From assembly GCA_013239625.1 (NCBI GenBank), contig MU054049.1, positions 445,015 through 509,014 of the forward strand: a stretch of DNA of 64,000 bases, in the 5' to 3' direction. Source of the stretch: Lama guanicoe (lineage: Eukaryota). The notes beneath the pieces were generated by a model, which saw nothing but the letters and a program-made list of their open reading frames with translations, was not told where the DNA came from and did no database searches. How positions within the stretch are numbered: the stretch's first letter is position 1; each line of letters opens with the position of its first letter. Positions 49,701-61,700 of this stretch are shown here, in pieces. A program made the translations under genes and the position numbers.

Positions 49701-52700
49701 GGTTTACACTGTGCTGGGTGTGGCAGACAGTTCAAAGAGACCGACCAGAAAAAAAAAAATAAGATAGAACTTACTTTGGCAGATTAAATGCAAGAAAACA
49801 CAGGCAGAGTATTTCTGCCTTGGGAGATTTTGTGCAGAGAAATGTACAAAGCCTGGAGCTTCCTTTTGAAACTGCTCCCCAGCTGCAAATGCCCCACCAG
49901 GTACATCACCCTGGCGAAGCTGGGGGCCTCCTCTTACTTGTCGCACTCGCTCCATCAGCACAGGCAGGGCGGCCACTCCCTCCCAGCCTGATGTAATAAC
50001 TGGTGCTGTTATTCCCATCGGGCAGTTATCACAGTATTGCAGGCCTCTGGGTACCCATCTGTCCTCCCTAGGAGACTTGGGGACTCCCTGCGAGCAGGGA
50101 GCATGTCCCTTCTGTCTCCGGTTCCTACTGTGCCTGACCCACTGCAGGTGTAAGTTATGCAGTGAGCAAAGGCTATTTGTCGGAAGTTCTGTATGTGCCC
50201 ACAGACATAAAGGACTGAACTATCGCTGCTTTTGCTAAAGGGCCAAAGACAGAGTGGACCAGAGCTGCACCCAAATGTATGGACCACACCCTCTGTGCTG
50301 TGCTGAGAACAGGTGCCCACAAGGCTGCAAATCTGAGGTCTTCCAATGGCTTTGCTTTTTGGCTCACACCCGAGTTTTGTACTTCAGTTGCCCCAAACGT
50401 CTCTATGAGAAATGCGTTCTCCCCACTCATGGAAAAGTGACTGTGAGCTCTGAGATTGAAGAAAGGCCCTGCTACACCCACTCCAGCCATGAAACCCTAC
50501 TCATTCGGGGGAATCACTTCCAATGCCATCTACTTCCAGAAGCCTCTCCTTGGGTGACGGAGCTGCCTTCCTCCCAAAGTCTTAAGTGCCTTGCTCATAC
50601 CTCCTTGTGGGTCTGAGTACATCCAGCCCCAGAGAAATCTCCAAAGGAGATTGCTGATTGCACGCCTTTGAACACCATCATACCCTCTCAAGAGTCCAAA
50701 GGCCTCACCCTCAAGAACTCCAGCTCGGCATCCTCTCCCCAGAGCACAGGACTCAGACGGTGCATCTCTGAGACTTCGGCTTGGACCTGGAGAGCCGTCA
50801 TCCTCTCAATCAGACTTGCAGGGATGTAATCTTCAACTCGAAAATAGGCTTTATTTTCAACCTGCTGGAAAGATGCAGAAGAAAAAGGGCACGATCAAGA
50901 TGCCTTCGATGGGACTCCGAGAAGAACAGAAGCCTGACTGCAGTCAAACCCCAGTTAGGGCCCCAGGGCAAGGATGCTCCTTTGAAGTGCCCACTGGTCT
51001 ATCTTTTTCTACCATATGAGATACTAGCTTTTCCGTCTGCATGTGCTACTGTCCTCTACTCCCAAGGGAAGTCTTGGCTGTGGCACCATCTCTCCGCAAG
51101 AAAGTGATCGAGAAGTCGCCCCCTGAAGAAGAGAAGATTTGACACTCTCCATTCCTGCCCCAGGCCCGAATCTTCATCAGATCTGCTCTTTCAGGGACTG
51201 GAGGCTGCAGCCCCATCAGGAACTGTGGAAAGATGGTCATGACTGAGCACCGCTTGCTGCCTGATGGTTCCCTGGTCCAGACTCTGGGGCAGGGAGAGGA
51301 ATGAAGAAGTTTGGCAGAAGTGGTCTCGGGGTTCACTGTAAGGAAGGAGGGAGGCAGGACTTGGCAAAAGGAGAATGTGACCCTTCCCTTGTATTCCTGA
51401 ATCAGCCTGTCCTGGTCTCAGGCAGCCCCTCCCAGCCTAATCTTGGGCAAGACCATTCCCCGCAGCCAAGAGCAACTACCTGTGAAGAGGGCAGCTGGGA
51501 GTAGGGAGCATGTGGCTTCTCAGGGCTAAGGATGGGCAAGTTGGTCAGATGAGGGGGTCTGAAGGGAACAGCACAGGTCCATGACCCCCTCATGCTCCTA
51601 ACATAAGCACAGGCCTGTCCCCATGAGGCTGTGGACTGAGAATCCTCCAGCCTAGAGCTGGTGCATGCTGGCTCTGGCTCTGAGCTCAGCTCAGAGACGA
51701 AAAGGGGAAGACATTGCTCAGCAATCTAGTGCATGAAAAAATCATTCAGAATATTATCAGAATGGCCAAAATCCAGAACACCAAATGCTGACAAAGATGT
51801 GGAGCAACAGGAACTCTCATTCATCGCTGGTGGGCATGCAAAATGGTACAGCCACTTTGGAAGATGCTTTGGCAGTTTCTTACAAAACTAAACATCCTCT
51901 TACCATAAGATTCAGCAACATTTGCTCATCGGTATCTACCCACAAGGAGCTGATAACTTATGTCCACACAGAAACCCGTATGTGGATGTTTATAGCAGCT
52001 TTATTCATGACTCCCAAAACTGGGAAGCAAGAGATGTCCTTCAGTAGGTGAATGAATAAATAAACTTTGGTACATCCAGCCATGGAATATTACCCTGCGA
52101 GAAAAGGAAATGAGCAATCAAGCTGAAAAGACATGGAGGAAACTTCAATGTATATTACTAAGTGAAAGAAGCCAGTCTGGAAAGTCTACGTACTGTATGA
52201 TTCTAACTATATGACGTTCTGGAAAAGGCAAAACTATGGAGATCGTAAAAAGATCAGTGGTTCCCAGGGGCTGGGGGGAGATGGAGGGATGAACAGACGG
52301 AACACAGAGGATTTTTAAGACAGTGAAACTACTCTGAGTGATACTGTAATAGTGGATATAAGTTATTACAAATTTGTTCAAGCCTGTAGAGTATACAACA
52401 CCAAGAGCAAATTCGAATATCTACTATGGACTCTGGAGGATAATGATATGTCAATGTCAGTTCATCAATTGCAACAAACGCACCACTCTGTTGGGGGACA
52501 TGGCTAGTGGAAAAGCTGTGCGTGTGTAGGGGCAAAAGGGTATATAGGAAATCTCTGCTCCATCCACTCAATTTTGCTGTGAACCTCAAATGGCTCTAAA
52601 AAAAGTCTATTAAACATTAAATTTTAATTTAGGACTTTGACCTCTCATCTTATTGCTAGGACTACGTCCTAGAGAAGTCCACATGCAACTCAAAGGAGTC

Positions 52701-55700
52701 CAGCACAAACAGGTATTTCTATGTCATTTATTTAAAAAAGAAAGATCAGAAGGAACTGAAACAAGAATAAGAGTAATCCTTACCACTTACACCGTGCTTC
52801 TGGGCGATGCCCAAGAGTGAGAGAACAAATAAGTAAAGAAAGGTCCGGTCCTGCTGAAGCATCGCGTGTGGCCATCCCAAATGTTCATTAGGAAGGCCAG
52901 GGGAAGACACGCACCATTGAGCGAGAAAGCAGAATGCAATCTGAATGTGACAGTGTTTACAACTGCATAAAAATCCCTGCGTGTGATCAAAGGCTGGAAG
53001 AGAAGTCTCCCAGAGGAAAGTTGTTCTGCTGCGATGATGTGATGAAGGAGATTTATTTTTTGTACCAAACTGTCTTTGTCTCTCTTTTTAAAATGCAAAT
53101 GTAATCATGTTACTTCCCTGCTTAGAATTCATCAGTGGCTCCCAGTCTTTCACTGCAGTGGTTTCCAAATTCTTTTTCCTTTTCCAGCACCAGAACCATT
53201 TATCAAACAAAATATCCGCCCCTTAGGAGGGCATACTAAGTTCCTCCTAAATCTGACCGGCGGTGCCGCCCAGCCTCACGGCGCTTTAGCTAAAACTGCA
53301 TGAAACCCCTGCAGCTCTGGACAGGCCAGCTCCTCCTCCGGCCCACGCAGTGGCCCAGACACAGGGAGGGGTTCTCTTCTCTGAGCTCCCCCTAATGTCC
53401 TTTGAGGTGCCCACCGCAGTGCCTGGCACATAGCGAAGCAAGGCCCTAGAAGTGAGCCCTGGCTGTGCTCTCGCTGGCTTTCCTAACCTCACAGGGACAC
53501 AACTCTTCTAAAATGCAAATGGAAGTAACACTTGTTTTGCAAGGTTGACACAAACTTAGATGACGCAAACCTGGAGCAGGCCCTCCATACATTAGGGCTG
53601 AGCACTAATGAATGAGTGTCTGTAATCTGTTACCTTTCTACAGGTTTACACACACACACACACACACCCCCAGAAACAGAAAAGCTCTGGCTTTGGGGGC
53701 CACATGGGGGCAGCAGAGAACATCTTGGAACCACACTGGTCCCCAGTGCAGCAGGCAAGGTTGAGGTTAGGAAGGATCCCGGGGAGAAGCTGGAGGTGAA
53801 AGATGAGACTGGGCTGTGGCAGGAGCTAGGTGAGGCCAGTCAGAAACTGGACAGGTGACAGGCGCAGGGGGCCGCCAGAATGGGGTGCCTAGAGACAGGT
53901 CTGGGCCCTGGAGCCTCGGGACAAGTGATCCCATAAGGAGGATCTGGGCCTGAGTGCTCCCCACTGCCTTCAGCGGAGCTGGCCCACAGCTCTCACCACT
54001 CTCAGCCCTCGAGTTCAGTCTCAGGTTACACGTCGCCTGTCTGCATCTACAGACCGACAGTCAGTCTTCACACTGTTTGCTGGGAGAGCGCTCCTGATGC
54101 TGGGGCGGGGGGAGGGAAGCTCGCAGACAGCAGTTGCTACCTGCGGGCCCTATACATATATCACTGCCTTCCGCCCTTACAGCACCTTTGACCTACTATT
54201 ATTTCCATTTTCTGGAGGAAAAAGTCGAGACATAGATTAACATGCCAGAGCTCATGTAGCTACTTACCAGAAGAGTCAGGGCTTGGACCCAGTTCTGTCT
54301 GACTCCAAATCTCAGGCCCATGCCTTTGCTCCCTGGGGCACTGTCCCTGGAAGCCACCCTCACCTGTCCGCACAAGCCATGTACAGGGCTGGACTACAGG
54401 CTGCAGCGAGGATGTTGACTGATTCGCTGCCCCCCCACCCCCACCGCGTCTGAGAGCAGCCTCCACGTGCCCGGGCCCTTCTCCTCCCAAGACCTCCCCA
54501 AGGGAGCAGCCCAAGGGCAGGAGAGCTGGCCTAGGCATGGCGCTGGGGGCTGAGCAGACAGCAAGGATATACCAGTGTCACCAGTGATAGGCTTGGAGGC
54601 TTGTCCAAGCGGCAGGGAGGGGTTCCGGGGGCCAGGCCAGCTCTGGGAGGCTGCCCACCAGGGCTGGGGTGTTGCCAGGAGGAGAAGGTGAAGTCTCCAT
54701 CCCCAGGGACTGAAGTGGGAGCAGGGAAGAGGGGTCAGAGGGCAAGGTGGTGGGAATACGGCTCCATTTCCCTGACAAGCAAGATGCTGACCTGCCTGCT
54801 GGGTGACTTTTATCCTTGGTGTTACCCAGTCCCTGAAGCCTGTGTTCCATCCATCCATCCACTCCTTAGACCAACAGCCCTTGAGCAAACTCCTAGGTTG
54901 GAGGCACCACTTTGGTGCTGGGGAAATGGCAGAACAAAGCAGACAAAACCTTTACCCTCTGGTGGGTTCCTTTCTAACAGGGAGCTTGACAACAAGACTG
55001 ATTGATAAACGAATAAACCACGCCCAGTGGTGAAAAATTCTAGGAGGGAGCACACAGCAGTGTGAGGGGGTAAAGAGGGTCTTAGACACGTCCAGACATG
55101 GTGGCACCTTCTGAACAGGTGCGAGGAGGAAAGCAAGATGATATTAGTGTATTCTGCAAAGTGTTTTTCAAACTGTAGCCTACGATCGATTACTATGCTA
55201 TGAAATCAATTTAGTGTTTCATAACCAGCATTTTAAAATTATCTAGACTAGAATAGGAAATGCCGAAGTGTATAGAAAAAGTGCATCTGATTTCCTAAAC
55301 ATTTGCCTCACTTCTGTCCCATGTACACATGTGTGTGGGTTGGGTTACAATGTCTGTCATCTTTTTATCATGGGCCATGGCACCAAATATTTGAAAGCTG
55401 GTGATGATAGGAACTTAATAAACTAGTAAATTACTGTTTTTAGGCAGGACCTTAGATTAGAACTACATTACAATGTATAAACTTGACTCATTCATCTTTG
55501 TATCCCCCAGAGCCTAGCAAAGAACACTTGATGGATGCTTGTTGGATGGATGGATGGATGAATGGATGGACGGACGGACGGATGGATATAGTTTACCCCA
55601 ATCACAGTGGTAGATGCTAACAGTACAGCTCAGTGTTCACATTTCTAACAGTTCCCCCCATCCCATAACTGCTACTCTGGTAACTCCATCCAAGGGCCCC

Positions 55701-58700
55701 GGGTCTCCATCCCTACCTCCTCTGGGTAGCTGCCAAACTCAGCCTGCAAGGCGAGGACCCCCAGCTGTAGCAGCATCTCGTCATTGCAGTACAGCCTCTC
55801 CTCCAGGATGTCTTTCCGAAGCTGCAGGTAAAATTGATGCCTTGTCCAGCTGTGCCTGGGAAAGAAATGCAGGAATAAAGGTCCTGGAAATGCTGAAGGA
55901 GAGGGGAACTCTAAAGCCAGAGGGTTTTCTCAGTCTGGGAAGCAGGGAAAGGAGAGAAGAGGGTATATAAGTCAACAGAACCCAGAGGGCAATGCCAGAA
56001 AGACAAGGGCTGTCTCCTTTAGCCACCCTGTGCCTCCTGTCACCCCTGAGGGCTGCTCTGTGCCAGTCACTCCACACAACACCCATGGAGACGGTTGCAG
56101 CTGCAGTTCAAATGAGAAAACTGATATTCAGTTAGATGGTGCTTCGAGTAAGCAAAGGAATAGAGACAGTGGTCCAATCCCAAGCCATGACCCTCTTCTC
56201 CAACCCTCATCATCATGGGTTGCTAGGGGGCAGGGCGTGTTGGGGTCTGGGGAGACAGAACTTTGACCTTGACAGCTGTATCTTTGAAAGAAAAGGGCAA
56301 GTTCTCATTTTGACCAGAGCCTGTCCCCAAACACTGATTTTTCCCCCCTTTTGGTCATATTGGAATCCAATCAACAGAAGACCAACCGCAAACACCGGTT
56401 TAAGTTATATATACATTGGTTTGCCAAACCCTTGTCTAGCTGTTATTTCTAACATCAACCTGGACATCTGTAAAAGCCTTAAGTTAAAAACCAAGAAGTC
56501 TGCAGAACTCACTGGAACAGCCCACAGTGACTGACAAAGAACTTGATCCTCAGAAAGAGCGTGAAGGTCTTTGGGGTGCTCCTCTTCTGGGGCTGCTCAC
56601 TCCAGCCTTCGGGGGCAATTTTGCACAACCTGGTTTCAGCATCCAGGAAAAAGAACTCTTTGCCTGAAATGGAAGTAGAGCGTGTTAAGAGGGAAAAGCA
56701 CTTGGGCAGGCACCACCCTGCAGACCCACAGCCCTGAGCTCTGTCCAGAGGGTCAGACAAGAGCCGATGGAATGCAGGAGACAGCAGGAAGGAAGTCCTC
56801 TGGAAACTTAGTACCAAGGAACTTTGTTGAGTCCACCAGGGGCCAAGAGCAGAAGACAAAAGAGGAGAGAGTCAAGGAAAAGAAACTCAGCACCTAGAGG
56901 AGAAGATACAATTATTTATCATAGGGGAGATACCACTTTACATCTGCCTTCCAGCTACCATCTTATGAAGATAAAATTTTAAAACAAAGAAATGAGTGTT
57001 TTTTCCATTTCTGCAATGGACTGAGCACTCCGCATCAAACAGGCCATCCCCAAGTCTCCCCAGCCACAGTAGGATGGACTGAATGTTTATATCCCTCACC
57101 CCCAAATTCGTATATGGAAGCCTTAACCCTCATGTGATGCTCTTTGGAGATGAGGCATTTCGGAAGTAATGAGGTTTAGATGAGGTCATGAGGGTGGGGC
57201 CCCCATGATAGGATTAGTGTAATAAGAGGAGGAAGAGCTCGCTGTCTCTGCTCCAGGAGGGCACAGTGAGAAGGTGGCTGACTGCCATCCAACAGGAGAG
57301 CCCTCATCAAGAACATGACCATGCTCAAACCCTGACCTTGGACTTCCCAGCCTCCCAAACTCTGAGAAATAAAGGTCTGCTGTATGAGCCACCCAGTCTA
57401 GGATATTTTGTTATAGCAGATCGAGAAGACCAAGACAGGGTGTAAGTAAGGTCACCCTTTGTCTTTTGAGCTGAATGTTGCCATCTTGAGACCTCTACCA
57501 ACCCAAGCTCAGGACTTCAATGCCACTAGCACCTCTGGGAGGGAGGCTGAACCGGCCCCAGCCACGGACAGCCCCACCTCCACGCCCTGCTCTCCTCAAG
57601 GCAAAATTTGACCCTAACCACCCAGGTGGGCCCCTTGGCCACTGCCCCCTGGGGCCCCTGACAATCCGCTCCACACCCTTCTCCATGTTCTGTCCTCTCA
57701 GTGCAGAGGCACTCTGGACCAGGTTGCTGGGGCACAGCAGGTAACCAGCCCTTCCTCCCAAAGGTATCTTCACACTGGGGAGAGGGACAGAGGAAGAGGT
57801 GTCTAGAGTAGTTCAAATAGGTGTCACCACACCATGCCCTGACCTCTGCCCCCTGTGCCATCAGCCTTTGCTGCTGAATCTGATGCCCATACCAACTCAC
57901 CCTCCCCTGTGGCTCACATCTCCTCAAGGGATGGGCAGGTCCCCATTACAATTTGACTGGCAAACCTTCCCAAGGGGGTTTATATCCAATCCCCAGACTG
58001 ATCACTGTTGAGTGATTTACCCAGGAGGCCCCAGCTAAGTAGCTCTAGAAGGTCCACCTGGGAAGGGTCTGGGGTAGACACCTGGCTGGCAGGAGAAAGC
58101 AGAGAATAAGCTTTAAGGCTGTCCTCCCAGAACAAGCCAGGGGTTTTATGAAGATTGCATGTTACAGATCAATAAAAATACAATGTTTCCTAAAGGTTCT
58201 TCTGTTCACACTTTACAAAAGATTGAGCAAACATCAGTTGATCACATCAAAGTGTGTAATGGTTGATCTTTTTACTTGGGAGAGGGGCCTTTTGGAGGTC
58301 CCCTGAGAAGTATGGGAGGGGAGGACCCTCTTCTGACCACCGTGGCCCGCTGAGTGATCCTATGACAAGCTTGTGACCTCCCCTGATGGGAGAGAACAGA
58401 GAAACATGGAAATTATGAGATGGAGCAAGGTGGGCTGGGAGAGCCAGGATTTAACCTGAAGGCCTGTATGACCCCAGCTCAGCCTCTGTCCCGTTACTCC
58501 CTCCACACACTGTTTAAAGAGCTTTGCCTGCAACAAAGGGATATTTGCAGTAGATGGATGTTGAGTCCTGTTAACATAACAGAAGGGCAGAGATGGGCAG
58601 ATGTGAAAACCCTCTCCCGCAGGATCTTCAGAATGGATTCTCAGCTTGGGCTCCAGGGGGTGGGGGTGCTGATTTTCCATTAGTCCAGTATGATTAGATA

Positions 58701-61700
58701 AACATTTAAAAAAATTTTATTGTGGTTAAAAGACACACAACATAAAATACACCATCTTAACCACAGTTAAGTGTATAGTTCAGCGGTGTTGAGTATATTC
58801 ACATTATTACACGATCATCACCACCATCCATTTCCAAAACTTTTTCATCTTACAAAACGGCAGCTCTATACCCACTAAACAATAACTCCCATTTCCTCCT
58901 CCACCCGGATCCTGGCAACCACCATTCTGCTTTCTGTCCTATGAATTTGACTCCTCTAGGTAGCTTACATAGTGGAATCATACAATATTGGCGTTTTGTG
59001 TAAACTGGTTTATTTCACTTGGCAAATGACCTCAAAGTTCATCTACACGGTAGCATGTGTCAATGCCCTTCTTTTTTAAGGTTGAAGAATATTCCATTGC
59101 ATGAATATACTGCATTTTGTTTATCTATTCTTCCATCAATGGACACTTAGGTTGCTTCCACATTTTAGCTGCTGTGACTAATGCTGCCACAAACACGAGC
59201 ATACAAATATCTTTCACTTATTTTGGGTGCATACGCCAATGTGGAATTGCTCGATCACTGGGTAAATTTGATCGTAATTTTTTGAGGAAACTCCATACTG
59301 TTTTCCATAATGGCTGTACCATTTTGTATTCCCACCTAGATGGAAAAATTTTTCCCATTTGCTTATCTAACCTCAAGGTGTTGAGATCGGTCAACCAGAC
59401 CCTGCAAATCACAGAAGCCACAACGTCTTACATGCACCATTTCCTTACCATCCTCTGCACTTACTTCACCATTTGCACAGGAGGACTTGATATGCTGGCT
59501 AATGTCTAGGTGTGCAAGGTGGGGCCTGCCAGTCTCAAGCAGTTTTGTTGGAAAGAATAGTGCTCAGGTATCTAGACACCTGGGTTACATGCGGCACCAG
59601 GCCAGCAGTGGGCCACCTGGAAGACACTTACCTTTCAAGCAAGCCAAGCCAAAGTAGGTGAGCTCCCCAAGGTTGGCGAAGGACACAATGGCGTTGAAGA
59701 CGGCTCCCACAGTCGACGTGATGTCACACTTCACCTCCAGGCACTGTCCACTCAGTAGCACCACACTGAGGTCCCTGAGAGCCAAATAGGATTTCCCTTT
59801 TCTGGTCTGCAAACAAGAACAGTATACATTGTAACAATAACTGCAAAGCATGGAGTCCCCACCATGGGCTAACGGCTGGGCTAAGCACTTGGTAGGCCCC
59901 GCCTCATTTAACTGACAAACAACCCTAAGAGATGAGTATGTTTACGGTTCCTATTCAGCAGATGGGAGACAAGGCTCAGAGAAGATAAGGGGCTTGCCCA
60001 GAGTTGCACAGTTAGTAAAAGGCAGGGCCAGACTCAAATCCATGCTCTCTGACAGGCCCTAACAGGGCCAGGAAGGCGGAGGAGGCACGTGTAATGAATG
60101 GATGTCTCTGCCCTGCAGAAATTCCCTCTGACCCCCTGGGCCCTGCGTCCCAAGAGGACTGCTCAGGGCCACATCGATCAATCATATACCCACCCCCAGG
60201 AGTGGGGGACAACCTGACACTGACCACCCCCCGCTGGCCTTCAGAGAGCACAGCAGAGAGAACAGGTGGGCACAGATCCATGGAAGAGAGAGGCTGGAGC
60301 TAAGGGGATGAAGGTGAACTGAGAAACTGATCAGCAGAGCCACATCCAATGATGCAGAGCAGCACCCGCCTTCTGTCTCTTCATCCCGCTCAGATTACTT
60401 CCGGAGTCATCCGCTACGACAGCCACCACCCCCCAACCACTGTCTCCTCCCCTCAGCCACCCAGAATGGCCCTTCATTCTGCCGCCACACAGCCTGTCTG
60501 CCCACGTCCTGCACACACTGCCTGCTGCCTGGAATGCTCTTCCCCTCCGTCCCTACAAAGCAAGTTCCTATGAGTCTTCCAGAAGGGGCTCAAGACCTCT
60601 TGTCTGTGGCCTGGAGGGTCAAGGCTCCCACTCCCTTCTCTGATCCCACCACACCTTGTGCTCAGGACCCCAGCCTTCCTAAGGACAGGGGCTGAGTATC
60701 CCCTGTGCCCCAAATCCTAGCCTGGGGCTGGGCCCAGACCTTCCCAGAATGTCCTCATTAATAGACAGTCACGGATGGACACTGGGTGTGGCTTCAGTGC
60801 CATTGAGACCATGCCTGCAGCCACACCATGACTCTCCTACACCCAGGGGCCAGCGCAGGTCTGAGGACCCTGTGGGAAGGGCTTTTGCCATGACCCCGAG
60901 CAGGGTGAACCACATGGCACGTTCTAAGCCACCCTGGTTCCTGCACGTCCTGCACACCTGTGTCACCTGGGGGGGGGGGGTTCATGTACAGGTGAGGTGA
61001 GAGAGAGAAAGTGAGCTATAGAAGATGCTCTGAGGTGCCCAATGCTTGGATTTAATGCTCTGCAGTTGCCCTCTTGAAATTGGTAATAAGTGTATCTTTT
61101 AATGTGTGTTTTCAAAGTGAGGTCCCATCCAAAATGCACAAGAGGCTTTGGTTCACTGTGGTCCTCCCTCCCCATCTCTGGTAATGGGTTCCAGCCGCCA
61201 ACTCCTCTGTTTCCTGGGGCACTGTTCCCTGGTGCCCCAGGTCCCGTCCAGCCCCTCCTCCCTCCACTACCCTGTGACCTCTGCCACCCTCCTCCCAGGG
61301 CGGCCACTAGCTCATATTACACCATCACTCCCCTCCTCTGCAGGGGGCTGGTTCAGGAAGGGTCCCAGTCAGGTATACACATGCCAGGACATCTCGGAGC
61401 AGGGCTGTCCCCACTGTGGGCTGGCAGGACCAACGCTGTTTCCTTGGGCCTCAGGAGGGGCCAGCCTGTCACTCACCCCCAATCCAGGTACCGAGTGCCT
61501 CTCCATACAGAGGTCGCAACCCCTGATGGGTCTGTGGTCCACCTGGGCTGGGGCAACAGAGCTGAGGGAAGGGAGATTGACTCTTCCTCCCCAGAAACGA
61601 GACAAACACCTAAAGGCTAGTACATGGGCTCCCGGTGAAAAGGACTCAGTTTTGTTCATAACAGAGCTCTGGGGTCTGGAGTAGTGCCTGGCAACTACTA

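Noticed and set aside
57930..58350. Stretch that looked like possible retroviral internal or conserved sequence
   Set aside because: No gag, pol or env motif could be read in any frame; cannot be classified without a search.
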